A stretch of DNA of 64,000 nucleotides from Candidatus Multivoradales bacterium. Lineage in GTDB: Bacteria; Acidobacteriota; Thermoanaerobaculia; Multivoradales; J023. The notes under the pieces are model-generated. The model saw only the letters and a program-made list of their open reading frames with translations. It ran no database searches and was not told the origin of the DNA. This document shows positions 18,725 to 28,296 of this stretch, in pieces. Location: assembly GCA_965248925.1 (NCBI GenBank), contig CBDFLE010000006.1:1120001-1184000 (forward strand), read 5' to 3'. Each line of letters starts with the position of its first letter. The first letter of the stretch is position 1. Both the position numbers and the translations under genes were made by a program.

Positions 18725-19495
18725 TCAGTCTTCTTCGAGAGTCGGCGAACGCTCCTCCACGAGCAACCGCTGAGCGACCACTGCATGCTCGTACTCTCTC
18801 TGGAACGAATCCGGATCGGACGCCCAGCCAAGCCAAGGAAAGACCCCACCGACGGACAACTCTGGCAGTCGTCCAACCAAGTCTTGCCAGCGCCGCCCCT
18901 GGCCCAGGCTGTCGCCGCAGGTGCTGAAGTTCTCGATCGCCTGAAAGGCCTCCAAAGCTGAACTGAGACGCAACTCGACCAAGACGAGTTCCTCGCCTTC
19001 GCCCTGCGCCTCGATCACCACTCCGACAATCGCCCCTTCACACCAAGAGCGCATGGCCAGGGCGCCGACACCATCATCGCCGGGCACTATGACCGAGCCG
19101 GAGCGAAGGATCTGGTCGACTGGTTTACGCACCATGACCTGACCCTGGAGCGCGACCTTTACCGTGTCACCAGCCTGGCCATCGCTCAGGGTTACGCCAA
19201 TGGCGGGAAAGTGCTCCGCGGGAACGGCGAAGATCAGTTCACCCTCAGGGTCAAAGAAGAACAGCGAGTGGGTCGGTGTGGCAATACCATCCATCAGCCA
19301 GACAACGGTGCCGCCGAGGATCTCCTCCTTGATCTCCAGCTTCCGCTCCACCAGTACCTTGACTCTAGTACTGTCCAACGTAGTTGCCTTTTTGGTTGTA
19401 CTATCACTGTTGCTTCCGCTGTCGCCCTCAGCGCCAGCCAAGCCAGTGATCGAAATCGCGAAAGCCAAGAACAACATCAAGATTCGATTCAACAC
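18725..19495 (-). CDS. Secreted hypothetical protein with DUF2190/peptidase-G2-chaperone-like beta domain
   Basis: GGAGG RBS and GTG start; signal peptide; AIGV...GDTVKVALQGQVMV...GSVIV..G.G...GAIVGVVIE pattern. Confidence 0.5.
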   Translation of the reverse strand: MLNRILMLFLAFAISITGLAGAEGDSGSNSDSTTKKATTLDSTRVKVLVERKLEIKEEILGGTVVWLMDGIATPTHSLFFFDPEGELIFAVPAEHFPAIGVTLSDGQAGDTVKVALQGQVMVRKPVDQILRSGSVIVPGDDGVGALAMRSWCEGAIVGVVIEAQGEGEELVLVELRLSSALEAFQAIENFSTCGDSLGQGRRWQDLVGRLPELSVGGVFPWLGWASDPDSFQREYEHAVVAQRLLVEERSPTLEED

Positions 19496-19771
19496 GACAT
19501 TTTCCCTCCCAGGCCAACCACCCGAAAAAAATGTTCCCGAAATCTCCAGCCATGTAAAACAGCCATACAGATCGCGAAATACAGTTGTTTCAATGAGTCG
19601 GCCGGGGCTCAAACCAATTCTTTGAATCAGATCCCAAGCCGCTTCTAGAGCACTAGCCTAACCCCAGAAGCTGCAAGAACAAACAGGTACTTTCCCTCGA
19701 TCTAAGTCGCAAGGCACTGGACGCCTGCTGCGAGGGAAGTAAAGTCCGTCCCCTCAGGGAGTCTTGTAGAT

Positions 19772-20037
19772 TCAGGACGTTTCGCTTCCTTGCTCCAGCG
19801 ACACCCGCGTGCCAACGCTGAGAAAGCAACCGTTGGCGCAAGGTAGGTCGTCGTAGAGTTCGTCCACTTCGTTGTCAAAACTGTTGCTGCGCACCGAATA
19901 CAAACCTGTTCGATAGTCCTGCCCCTGACTGGCGGATCAACCTCGGTAGCCGCTGACCCGCTGGCGGCGTGACTTTCCGCACCAGAACTCCAGGCACTCA
20001 GCGCTGCCAGAATGAGGAAGGGAACGAGTCGCCGCAT
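19772..20037 (-). pseudogene. Frameshifted remnant of a secreted repeat protein
   Basis: Signal peptide MRRLVPFLILAAL in one frame; GLYSVRS..VDELYDDLPCANGC...GTRVSL in another frame. Confidence 0.4.
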
Positions 20038-20156
20038 GAAGAATCTCCGCCATTCATCTGGGACAGACACTCCTTCGTCGCCATCCTAGAAGACCTCCGT
20101 CATACCCTCGAGGCGTAGTCGAGGGCAGATTTGTTACAGTGAAGGTTCAGAAACAA

Positions 20157-20191
20157 TTGCCTAGTGCCCACTACCGTAGTACATTGGTAAC
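20157..20191 (+). promoter_or_regulatory. Leaderless promoter with 8-bp-periodic boxes
   Basis: TTGCCT-N17-TACATT ending 6 nt before the ATG; CTAC/GTAC/GTAA at 20171/20179/20187. Confidence 0.55.
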
Positions 20192-20455
20192 ATGCCAAAA
20201 AGTTCACCCCGCAAGACTGTAGAGCGCGTGCAGACCGGTGTGCGCATCGAAAAACGAATGCTGAAAGTGCTGAAGGGCTTGGCCGAGTACCTCGACATCA
20301 GTCTTGGCGATCTGCTGGAAGGCATCGTGCTGCACGCCTTCGAGGGCCAGGCGCCATTCGGCGATCCGACCCTCGAGGTGATCGCCAACCTGAAGAAAGT
20401 CTATGGCCTCGATCTCGACGCCAGTGACAGCCACCGGTTGGTCGAAAAAGGCTGA
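20192..20455 (+). CDS. Small ribbon-helix-helix-like DNA-binding protein
   Basis: ERVQTGVRIEKRMLKVLKGLAEYLDISLGDLLEGIV fits a beta-strand plus two helices. Confidence 0.65.
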   Translation: MPKSSPRKTVERVQTGVRIEKRMLKVLKGLAEYLDISLGDLLEGIVLHAFEGQAPFGDPTLEVIANLKKVYGLDLDASDSHRLVEKG

Positions 20456-20471
20456 GGTCCGTCGGCCGTAT

Positions 20472-20790
20472 CTAGCTCCAGCCCAGCCAACCGAGGGCCG
20501 GCAGCAGCAGTGAGGACCAAGAGCCGGTGTAGACCAACATCAGCATGAAGGCGGTCAAATGGGCCAGACGGAGACCGTGCTGGTCTCGTCGCAGGGTGGC
20601 TATAGCCATGATGATCAGCAACCAAGCGAAGCCAATCACCGTCGCCACCGAGTAGGTAGTGACAGCGAACAGCAGCAACCTTCCACGGGCTCTGACCGTA
20701 AACCTGGGCGCGGTAGATCTGTAGCGAGGCGATGGCGACCAACAACAACGGGGCAGCAAAGCCGAGGAGCTGAGTCGAGAGTCGGCGCAC
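20472..20790 (-). pseudogene. Chimeric remnant: N-terminus of one membrane protein joined out of frame to an HTTM-like C-terminus
   Basis: AGGAGG RBS and GTG; ...QSPWK then a frame switch near 20679 to LLLFAVTTYSVATVIGFAWLL. Confidence 0.45.
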
Positions 20791-21146
20791 CGATTACCTC
20801 CTGGTAAGAGACCCGGCTCGGAGATTCCGAGCCAGGCTAGGAAACGGCGGCCGAGAAGGTCGGCGGGCTGCAAGAGCTACAGCTCGGCGGCTTCAACTCG
20901 CCACTCCTAGACTTCACGCTGGTGCTCCGCAGTTCCGGGCGGTGCCGCTTCAATGCCGCTGGAAAAGGCCACAAAGGCAAAGATGACCACCGCGACAGCC
21001 TTCAGGGCGGGGACTTGGGATCTCTTGATTGAGCATCTCCTCGATGGACCTGTGAAGTAGTTCCGGCCTCGGCCGCCGGTCCAGCAGGCGAAACAACTGA
21101 GTCGGGGTGAGCTAGCAGAGAATTGGCTGGGGGGCGGAGCATGGGC

Positions 21147-21175
21147 TTGACGGTACTTTGTTACCCAGGTACCAT
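21147..21175 (+). promoter_or_regulatory. Leaderless promoter with 8-bp-periodic boxes
   Basis: TTGACG-N17-TACCAT ending 6 nt before the ATG at 21182; GTAC/TTAC/GTAC at 21153/21161/21169. Confidence 0.6.
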
Positions 21176-21181
21176 TTATTC

Positions 21182-21598
21182 ATGAACGCCGACACTTTGC
21201 TTGCTCGCTTTGAAGACTGCTCTCTCGACCCGGCGCAGATGGATCACCAGCTGCACTTGCGTCTAACTTGGATCCTGCTCCGCCGCTACTCGTTGATCGA
21301 AGCCCTGGACCGCAGTACGTCTGGCCTACGGCGCTTCACCCGCACCCATGGTGCCAAGGGCAAATACCACGAGACCATTACTTGGGCCTGGGTGCTGGCG
21401 GTGCATGAGCGCCTTTCGGTGGATGGCGACGATGCCTCCTGGGAGGTTTTCATCCACCGCCATCCGGAGTTGCTGCGGCGGCAACCCGGTTTGCTGGCCG
21501 ACTACTACCGCCCCGAGACCCTCGACTCCGAATTTGCCCGACAGAGCTATGTCTTGCCGGATCGGCATCTAACGCGGGAAGACGGGGGCCGGGTATGA
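21182..21598 (+). CDS. Conserved hypothetical protein (HxxHLR...YHETIT family)
   Basis: DHQLHLRLTW, KYHETITWAW and YYRPETL..ARQSYVLPD motifs. Confidence 0.7.
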   Translation: MNADTLLARFEDCSLDPAQMDHQLHLRLTWILLRRYSLIEALDRSTSGLRRFTRTHGAKGKYHETITWAWVLAVHERLSVDGDDASWEVFIHRHPELLRRQPGLLADYYRPETLDSEFARQSYVLPDRHLTREDGGRV

Positions 21599-21608
21599 TC
21601 GCCGCAGC

Positions 21609-23375
21609 ATGTTTGTACTTCACCGCTCCCCACCCGTCTTCCCGCTAGCAATCCTGCTCGGCACTGCAGTGCTCGGCGCTTCGGTGCTCGCCGCCGCCGG
21701 GCTCAATTCCACAGCGATCAAGACCAAGCTGCTGGTCGAGGTCTCAGCCGAAGTCGGCCTCGACTTCGTGCATTTCAACGGCATGACCGGGCAGCTCTAT
21801 TTTCCTGAGATGGCCGGCGCTGGCGCCGCCTGGCTAGACTACGACGGCGATGGCGACCTCGACCTCTACTTGATCGACGGCAGGGTTCTGCAACCGGGCA
21901 AGAAGCCAGCCGAGGCGGTGTTTCCCTATGGCGGCAAGGGCGTCCCCAGAGATCGTCTCTACCGCAATGACTTGCAAGTGCTGCCGAGCGGCGAGCATCG
22001 GGTCCAGCTGGTCGAGGTCACCGATCAGAGCGGCTTGCGAGCCACCGGCTATGGCATGGGTATCGCCACCGGCGATTTCGACAACGATGGTCACGTCGAC
22101 ATCTATCTGGCTAATTTTGGCCCCAACCAGCTGTGGCACAACCGGGGCGACGGCACGTTTGAAGATTGGACCGCCAAGAGCAGCACCGACGATCCCCATT
22201 GGTCGGCCACCGCCAGCTGGATCGACTTCGACCGCGATGGCTGGCTCGACCTGCTGGTGGTCAACTACGTCACCTTCACCGTCGACAACAACCTGGAATG
22301 CTACGCCGACTCTTCGCGCCGCGACTACTGCGGCCCGGCGGCCTACCCGCCGGTGGCCGATCGACTGCTGCGCAATCGCGGCGACGGCACGTTCGAGGAT
22401 GTTTCACTGATCTCGCATATCGGCCGTACCGCTGGCGCCGGCCTGGGAGTGGTGGCAGCCGACCTCAATGGCGACCGCTGGATCGACCTTTACGTCGCCA
22501 ACGACGGCCAGCCCAACCAGCTGTGGATCAACCGCCAAAACGGCACTTTCGAAGACGATGCGCTGTTTGCCGGGGTGGCGGTCAACCGCAAAGGGCAACC
22601 GGAGGCTTCGATGGGGGTTGACGCCGCTGATCTCGACAACGACGGCGATCTCGACCTGTTCATGACCCACCTGATGGGCGAGACCAACACCCTCTACATC
22701 AATGACGGCGGCGCCCTGTTCGAAGACCGCACCACCGAGAGCGGCCTGGCCGCCTCCGGCTTACCCCTGACCTCGTTCGGCACCGCTTTCTTCGACCTCG
22801 ACAACGACGGCCATCTCGACCTGTGGATCGCTAGCGGCGCAGTGCGTCTGCTGGAGCCGCTGGCTCGGGCGGGTGACGTCTACCCCCTCGATCAATCCAA
22901 CCAACTGCTGCACAACCGGGGTGATGGCCGGTTCGAAAATTGGAGCGCCCGCGCTGGTGCCGCTCTCGAACCAGTCGAGGTCAGTCGCGGCACCGCCTTC
23001 GGTGACTTCGACAACGACGGCGACACCGATCTGCTGGTGAGCAACAACAGCGGCCCGGCCCGCCTGCTGCGCAACGACGCCGCCAACGGCCAGCCCTGGC
23101 TCGGCTTGCGGCTGCTGGACAGGAACGGCCGCGACGCCTTGGGCGCTCGGGTCGAAGTGCGGCGCGTTGGCGCCGGCAGTCTGTGGCGCCGAGTGGCCAC
23201 CGACGGCAGCTACGCCTCGGCCAACGACCCACGCATTCTCGCCGGCCTCGGCGGTGGCGATAAGCTCAGCGGCCTGCGTGTCAATTGGCCCGATGGCCAA
23301 CAAGAAGATTTTCCCGCCCCGCCGATGGGGCGATACACCACCCTGCACCAGGGGGGAGGCAAGAAAGTTGAGTAG
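21609..23375 (+). CDS. CRTAC1 family protein (FG-GAP repeats plus ASPIC/UnbV)
   Basis: Multiple DxDxDGxxDL repeats; C-terminal GARVEV..GSYAS..GLG..V.WPDG; signal peptide. Confidence 0.92.
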   Translation: MFVLHRSPPVFPLAILLGTAVLGASVLAAAGLNSTAIKTKLLVEVSAEVGLDFVHFNGMTGQLYFPEMAGAGAAWLDYDGDGDLDLYLIDGRVLQPGKKPAEAVFPYGGKGVPRDRLYRNDLQVLPSGEHRVQLVEVTDQSGLRATGYGMGIATGDFDNDGHVDIYLANFGPNQLWHNRGDGTFEDWTAKSSTDDPHWSATASWIDFDRDGWLDLLVVNYVTFTVDNNLECYADSSRRDYCGPAAYPPVADRLLRNRGDGTFEDVSLISHIGRTAGAGLGVVAADLNGDRWIDLYVANDGQPNQLWINRQNGTFEDDALFAGVAVNRKGQPEASMGVDAADLDNDGDLDLFMTHLMGETNTLYINDGGALFEDRTTESGLAASGLPLTSFGTAFFDLDNDGHLDLWIASGAVRLLEPLARAGDVYPLDQSNQLLHNRGDGRFENWSARAGAALEPVEVSRGTAFGDFDNDGDTDLLVSNNSGPARLLRNDAANGQPWLGLRLLDRNGRDALGARVEVRRVGAGSLWRRVATDGSYASANDPRILAGLGGGDKLSGLRVNWPDGQQEDFPAPPMGRYTTLHQGGGKKVE

Positions 23376-24963
23376 TTCAGCACCCAAGGCACCGCCGTTC
23401 GCAATCCGCACCCTGTGGATCCTCGGCCTGTGCTGCGCGCTACTGCCTGGCTCTCCCGCCCAAGCAGCGGGCCAGCTCGCGGCAGAGATTCCCCATCCGG
23501 ATCTTTCACACCTGGAACCCGCGGTGGCCCGGCAGATCGTGGAATCGCGCGACGAACTCGCCCTGTTACTCGACGAGGCCGGTGAAGACCCGGTGGCCCG
23601 CGGCCGTGCTTTCGGTCAGCTCGGCCAGCTCTACCACGCTTACCGTCTCGACGAAGCCGCTGCCCACCTCTATCAGCTGGCCATTCGCCAAGCGCCGATC
23701 GATTTCAACTGGCCCTACTATCAAGCCTATTTGGCGCAGCAAGAAGGCCGCCTTGAAGACGCCGAGCGTCACTACTTGAAGGCTCTGGTGCTGTGGGACG
23801 CCTCGGTCTCAGCACGCATTCATCTCGGCGAGGTCTACCTCGGCCTGGATCGACCGGCTGAAGCGCGGATGTTCTTCGGCCAAGCGTTGGCCAACGATCC
23901 AGGCAACGCCGCGGCGCTGGCCGGCCTGGGCGAGATCGCCCTCTCCCGACGCCAATATCAACAAGCGACCGAGCACCTCGAAGCAGCCCTAGAATCACTG
24001 CCGGAGGCCACCCGACTGCACTATCCGCTGGCCTTGGCCTACCGGGGATTGGGAGATAGCGACCAGGCGCGAGAGCACCTAGCGCTGCGCGGTGAGATCG
24101 GGGCAAAGAGCATCGACCCGCTGATCAGCGAACTCGAAGAACTCAAACGGGGTGAGCGGGTTTACCTCTTGCGCGGCCGTCGGGCCTTCAATGTCGGCCG
24201 TTGGGCCGAAGCTGCCGAAGCCTTCCGCGCGGCGGTCGAAGCCAAACCCGAGGCCGCCCGAGGCCGCATAAACCTCGCTGCTGCTCTGGCGCAAATGAAC
24301 CGCCGCGCCGAGGCGGTGGCGGAACTGCGCAAGGCCATCGAGATTGCTCCCACCTCCCAATCGGCACACTTCAACCTGGGCGTTCTGTTGGCCCAGGCCG
24401 GCGATCTTCAGAGCGCGACAGAGCACCTACATGAAGCCATCGACCTCGAACCCAGCGATGCCCGCGCTCGCCTGGAGCTGAGCCAGGCGCTGCGCCGCCA
24501 GGGCAAAATCGAGGGCGCCTGGGAGCAGGCGGCCCGCGCCGCCAGGCTGGTGCCCCAAAGCGAGGGTGCTCGCCTCGCCGAAGCCGGCTTGCTAGTCAAT
24601 CTAGGACGCTTCAGCGAAGCTTGCGAGCGCCTCGAAGAGGGCCTGGTCCAGCTGCCTGAGAGCAGCTCCTTGGCTCACTCACTGGCACGACTACTGGCCG
24701 CCAGCCCGGATCCGGAGCTGCGTAACGGCGACCGCGCCTTGGAGCTCGCCAGTAGGGTCTTTGCAGCTCAGCGGAACGCCTGGCATGCCGAGACCGTGGC
24801 CCTGTCGATGGCCGAGCTGGGCCGCTGCGAGGAAGCCCTCGAGTGGCAAGACAAGGCCCTCGGCCTGGCCCGCCAGAATGGCGAGGAAAGCCGTATTGCC
24901 GGCCTCGAAGGTGGCCGCCAACACTATGTGGAAAGCCGCCCCTGCCGTCCGCCGATATCGTGA
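23368..24963 (+). CDS. Secreted tetratricopeptide repeat protein
   Basis: TTG start overlapping the CRTAC1 stop; signal peptide; many TPR units; ARLLAASPDPELRNG motif. Confidence 0.85.
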   Translation: MSSSAPKAPPFAIRTLWILGLCCALLPGSPAQAAGQLAAEIPHPDLSHLEPAVARQIVESRDELALLLDEAGEDPVARGRAFGQLGQLYHAYRLDEAAAHLYQLAIRQAPIDFNWPYYQAYLAQQEGRLEDAERHYLKALVLWDASVSARIHLGEVYLGLDRPAEARMFFGQALANDPGNAAALAGLGEIALSRRQYQQATEHLEAALESLPEATRLHYPLALAYRGLGDSDQAREHLALRGEIGAKSIDPLISELEELKRGERVYLLRGRRAFNVGRWAEAAEAFRAAVEAKPEAARGRINLAAALAQMNRRAEAVAELRKAIEIAPTSQSAHFNLGVLLAQAGDLQSATEHLHEAIDLEPSDARARLELSQALRRQGKIEGAWEQAARAARLVPQSEGARLAEAGLLVNLGRFSEACERLEEGLVQLPESSSLAHSLARLLAASPDPELRNGDRALELASRVFAAQRNAWHAETVALSMAELGRCEEALEWQDKALGLARQNGEESRIAGLEGGRQHYVESRPCRPPIS

Positions 24964-24987
24964 CAGCTGATGGGTAAGGGCCACCAG

Positions 24988-26004
24988 CTATTCGCGCACT
25001 CTCCTAAGCCAAATATTGCCGCCGGAATGTTTGAGATAGAGAGGCAGGTTCTGACGCAGCCGATCAAGGTGAAAGCGAAACATGTAGTCAGCGAAGAACA
25101 GAATCTCAAAGCTATCGTTGAACTGCAAGAAAGCACGCAGCAGATATGCCTCATTCCACGCCCTGCCGGCACGAATCCAGTCTTCGGGGTAATCGAAGGG
25201 CCAGAAAATATCATGGAAATGAACTAGCACTCCCGGGCGCACCGAGGCCACTATTTCGAAGACAATGCGGTTGACATCACTACCCAATTTCGACACATGG
25301 GTGGAATCGACAAACAAGATATCATCCTCTCTCAGACCGCTGAAGACCTCTCGGCTCACATCTTGAACCCTTTTCCTGATTACCGAACTCTTGTCGTCAG
25401 AGTCCCTGAGCGAAGAAAGTAACAGTTCAGGATAGGGCTCGATAAATGTAAACTCTATCTTATTGTCGAAATACAACTCGCTGGTGTCCAGCATCGCACA
25501 CGAAGAGAAGCCAGAGCCTATTTCGACAATCCTTCGCGGCTTGAACTTTCTGATCATGCTGTAGAGCGTCAAACCGTCGGTATAGGAGTAAGCCGGGTTC
25601 TCGAAGTAGTACCGAAACGAGGCTGTTTTGTGCTCCGGAAACGGACAGCTGTCATGATACACCTTGAATTCCCCCAATAACTCAATCTGCCGCCGCTCAT
25701 TCATCCTGACACCCAAGATCTCATTGCCCGGCGGACTGGACAAAACAAAAGACCGCCGGTCTTCGGCAGAGGGAACGGCAGAATAGAAATGCCCGGGAGG
25801 GACAAACTCCTGATTCGCTTCCCGGGACTCGAACCCAGCACTCGAGAGCAGCTGAATCACCAATTCGCTTCGGGACATTCGCCTTGAACCCAGGGCGAGG
25901 CGGTGGCTAGTCATGGTTTCTACGTCCGGGCCTCTTTGCAAAATTTTGCGATAACAGAAATCGATGAACTCATCATCGGTCAGAGTCTCGGATCGGGCTG
26001 GCAT
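24988..26004 (-). CDS. Class I SAM methyltransferase (Methyltransf_24-like) with N-terminal DUF4214-like domain
   Basis: IVEIGSGFSS, LFVDSTHV, VHFHDIF and WNEAY motifs; N-terminal EFIDFCYRKILQRGPD; lower GC. Confidence 0.85.
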   Translation of the reverse strand: MPARSETLTDDEFIDFCYRKILQRGPDVETMTSHRLALGSRRMSRSELVIQLLSSAGFESREANQEFVPPGHFYSAVPSAEDRRSFVLSSPPGNEILGVRMNERRQIELLGEFKVYHDSCPFPEHKTASFRYYFENPAYSYTDGLTLYSMIRKFKPRRIVEIGSGFSSCAMLDTSELYFDNKIEFTFIEPYPELLLSSLRDSDDKSSVIRKRVQDVSREVFSGLREDDILFVDSTHVSKLGSDVNRIVFEIVASVRPGVLVHFHDIFWPFDYPEDWIRAGRAWNEAYLLRAFLQFNDSFEILFFADYMFRFHLDRLRQNLPLYLKHSGGNIWLRRVRE

Positions 26005-26372
26005 GATGATTCCTTGCCGAGCTGGCAGGTACGAGGTTAGCGGCGACGGGCATTTTACTCTCTACTTGGGTCGAGGATGGTGGCAGATTACCATGACCGA
26101 GGCCGGTGTTTGGCTAACTGGCCAGCCCGCGACCTGGGCTGGGCCACGGCGGTTCCTCGACCACCCGATCAGCAGCGAATAGACCGTAAATGAATCCTCC
26201 ACTGGTTGATCCTGGAGAAGGCCCCGTCTAGCCTCGTACAAGTCTTCTCTTGCTTACCTTCGCTGCTGACTCAGGCCGCCGTCCGAGCGCCGCCTGCTGA
26301 TCGCTAGCACCTGTCATTTTGGGACAACTACCGACGATCCCCAGCGGATCAGCCGACCTGGAGGTCCAGTTC

Positions 26373-27959
26373 ATGACTTGTCTGACCCACCGTAGCTTCG
26401 CCGGCCTTGCCGTCGCCACCGCCTTGCTGATCACCACCGCCCCACTGCTAGCGATCAGTGAGAACGGTCAGCTGTTCACCACCCAATTCAACTCCACCGA
26501 GGTCACTTGGCAAGCACAGCGCTCCTTCGGCGGCGGCGAGTTGGTTATCTCGGCCCCGGGTGGCCAGATCTTCCGCCACCAATTCGGGCCCGGCGAGACC
26601 CCGGTCTTCTCGGTTCTCGACACCCCCGGCTTCGAGTTGGTCGACGGCAACTACGGCTGGGAGTTGCACCTAGCGCCCACTGGACGGCCGCTCAGCCGCG
26701 ACATCAACGACTCATTCGAGCCGGTGGTCGACGGCAAGCGCGACTTGGCCAGCCACGTCGTCAGCGGCAACTTCGGCATCCTCGACGGCCAGCTGGTGCT
26801 GCAACTGGCCAGCGATAGTGAGGCTGAGGGCTCGGACCAGGAAAGCGGCATCCTCGCCGCCCCCAAGGACAACGTCATTCTCGACGACCTGATCGTCGAT
26901 GGCTCGACCTGCATCGGCCTGAGCTGCGCCAATGGTGAGAACTTCGGCTTCGACACCCTGCGATTGAAAGAGAACAACTTGCGGATCAAGTTCCAGGACA
27001 CCAGCGGCACCAGCTACCCGACCAGCGATTGGCAGCTGACCGCTAACGACTCGTTTGCTGGCGGCCTCAACAAATTCTCAATCGAAGACATCGATGCCGG
27101 CCGGTCGCCCTTGACCATCGAGGCCGGGGCGCCCTCGCACTCGCTCTATGTCGATGGCGGTGGCCTCGTCGGCCTCGGCACCTCGATACCAGAGGTCGAT
27201 CTGCATGTGGTCAGCGGCAATACTCCGGCCCTGCGCTTGGAACAGAACGGCACCTCCGCTTTCACACCACAGACCTGGGACGTGGCAGGCAACGAGTTCA
27301 ACTTCTTGGTGCGCGACGTCACCAATAGCTCGGCACTGCCGTTCAGAATCCGCCCCGGCGCACCGACCGACACAATCTTCGTCGACACCGATGGGGAGAT
27401 CGGCCTGGGAACGGCCTTTCCGGATGCCGGTCTGCACCTGCGATACACCAGCAACGACGACGGCATCCATGTCGAAACCACCGCCGCGGGCACCACCAAG
27501 CTGCTGGCCTTGGAGTCGGCGGCGCGGCCGCGATTTGAGATGAGAAATAACTCGGTGGTCAACGGTATCTGGAATTTCGACGTTCTCAACGACGGCAACT
27601 TCGCCGTCATCAAGTTCATGGGCGAGACCTTCACCTTCCAAGCTGATGGTGATCTGAGCATCGTCGGAGACTTCATCTCCAGCGGTATCGCCCTCGACGT
27701 GCCCGACTACGTCTTTGAGGACGGCTACGAACTGATGTCCCTCGACCAACTGGCTACTTTCATCGCGGCCAAGAGTCACCTGCCGGGCGTGCCCTCGGCG
27801 GGCCAGATCAACAGTGGCACGCTGAACATGACCCAGATGCAGATGAAGTTGCTGGAGAAAGTCGAAGAACTCACCCTCTACACCCTGCAACAACAAACCA
27901 CGATCGAGGAGATGAAGGCGGAGCTGGCACAGCTGCGACTGGCTCGAGACGAGGAGTAG
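26373..27959 (+). CDS. Secreted tail-fibre-like protein, paralog 1
   Basis: Signal peptide; DDLIVDGSxCIGxxC..FGFDTLRLKENNLRI core; VGLGT repeats; C-terminal PDYVFE..HLPGVPSA..LLEKVEELTLY and coiled coil. Confidence 0.8.
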   Translation: MTCLTHRSFAGLAVATALLITTAPLLAISENGQLFTTQFNSTEVTWQAQRSFGGGELVISAPGGQIFRHQFGPGETPVFSVLDTPGFELVDGNYGWELHLAPTGRPLSRDINDSFEPVVDGKRDLASHVVSGNFGILDGQLVLQLASDSEAEGSDQESGILAAPKDNVILDDLIVDGSTCIGLSCANGENFGFDTLRLKENNLRIKFQDTSGTSYPTSDWQLTANDSFAGGLNKFSIEDIDAGRSPLTIEAGAPSHSLYVDGGGLVGLGTSIPEVDLHVVSGNTPALRLEQNGTSAFTPQTWDVAGNEFNFLVRDVTNSSALPFRIRPGAPTDTIFVDTDGEIGLGTAFPDAGLHLRYTSNDDGIHVETTAAGTTKLLALESAARPRFEMRNNSVVNGIWNFDVLNDGNFAVIKFMGETFTFQADGDLSIVGDFISSGIALDVPDYVFEDGYELMSLDQLATFIAAKSHLPGVPSAGQINSGTLNMTQMQMKLLEKVEELTLYTLQQQTTIEEMKAELAQLRLARDEE

Positions 27960-27989
27960 GCGCCTGAAGACACCGGGTTTCAGACTACT

Positions 27990-28019
27990 AGATGACCACG
28001 GTTCAGACCGTGGTCATCT
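27990..28019 (+). terminator. Hairpin after fibre paralog 1
   Basis: AGATGACCACGGT-TCAG-ACCGTGGTCATCT, 13-bp stem, no strong U tract. Confidence 0.6.
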
Positions 28020-28296
28020 CCTGCTGCAAGCTCGGCGACTGGCGCATCGCCCGTCCATCCTGCCGCCCACGCCAAGAGGTCAACAGAGTGCCCAGGCCAA
28101 ACGGTCAACCTTCCGCCCTCGCCTCGGTTGACCAGCCGGCGCCCGAGCGGTAACCTGCTAACACATTCTTTTGGGCGCCCCCTTCGCGGCCTGCCGCCGC
28201 GCTGAGACTGCGGCGCCTTTCAACACAGCACGGGGACTTGAGATTGACTCTCTGCCTGATTTCGGGCGGTATTGTCCAACCCTGGAGATTTTTTCT

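Noticed and set aside
23167-23367. N-terminal extension of the TPR ORF
   Set aside because: Overlaps the CRTAC1 gene; the signal peptide starts at the TTG at 23368.
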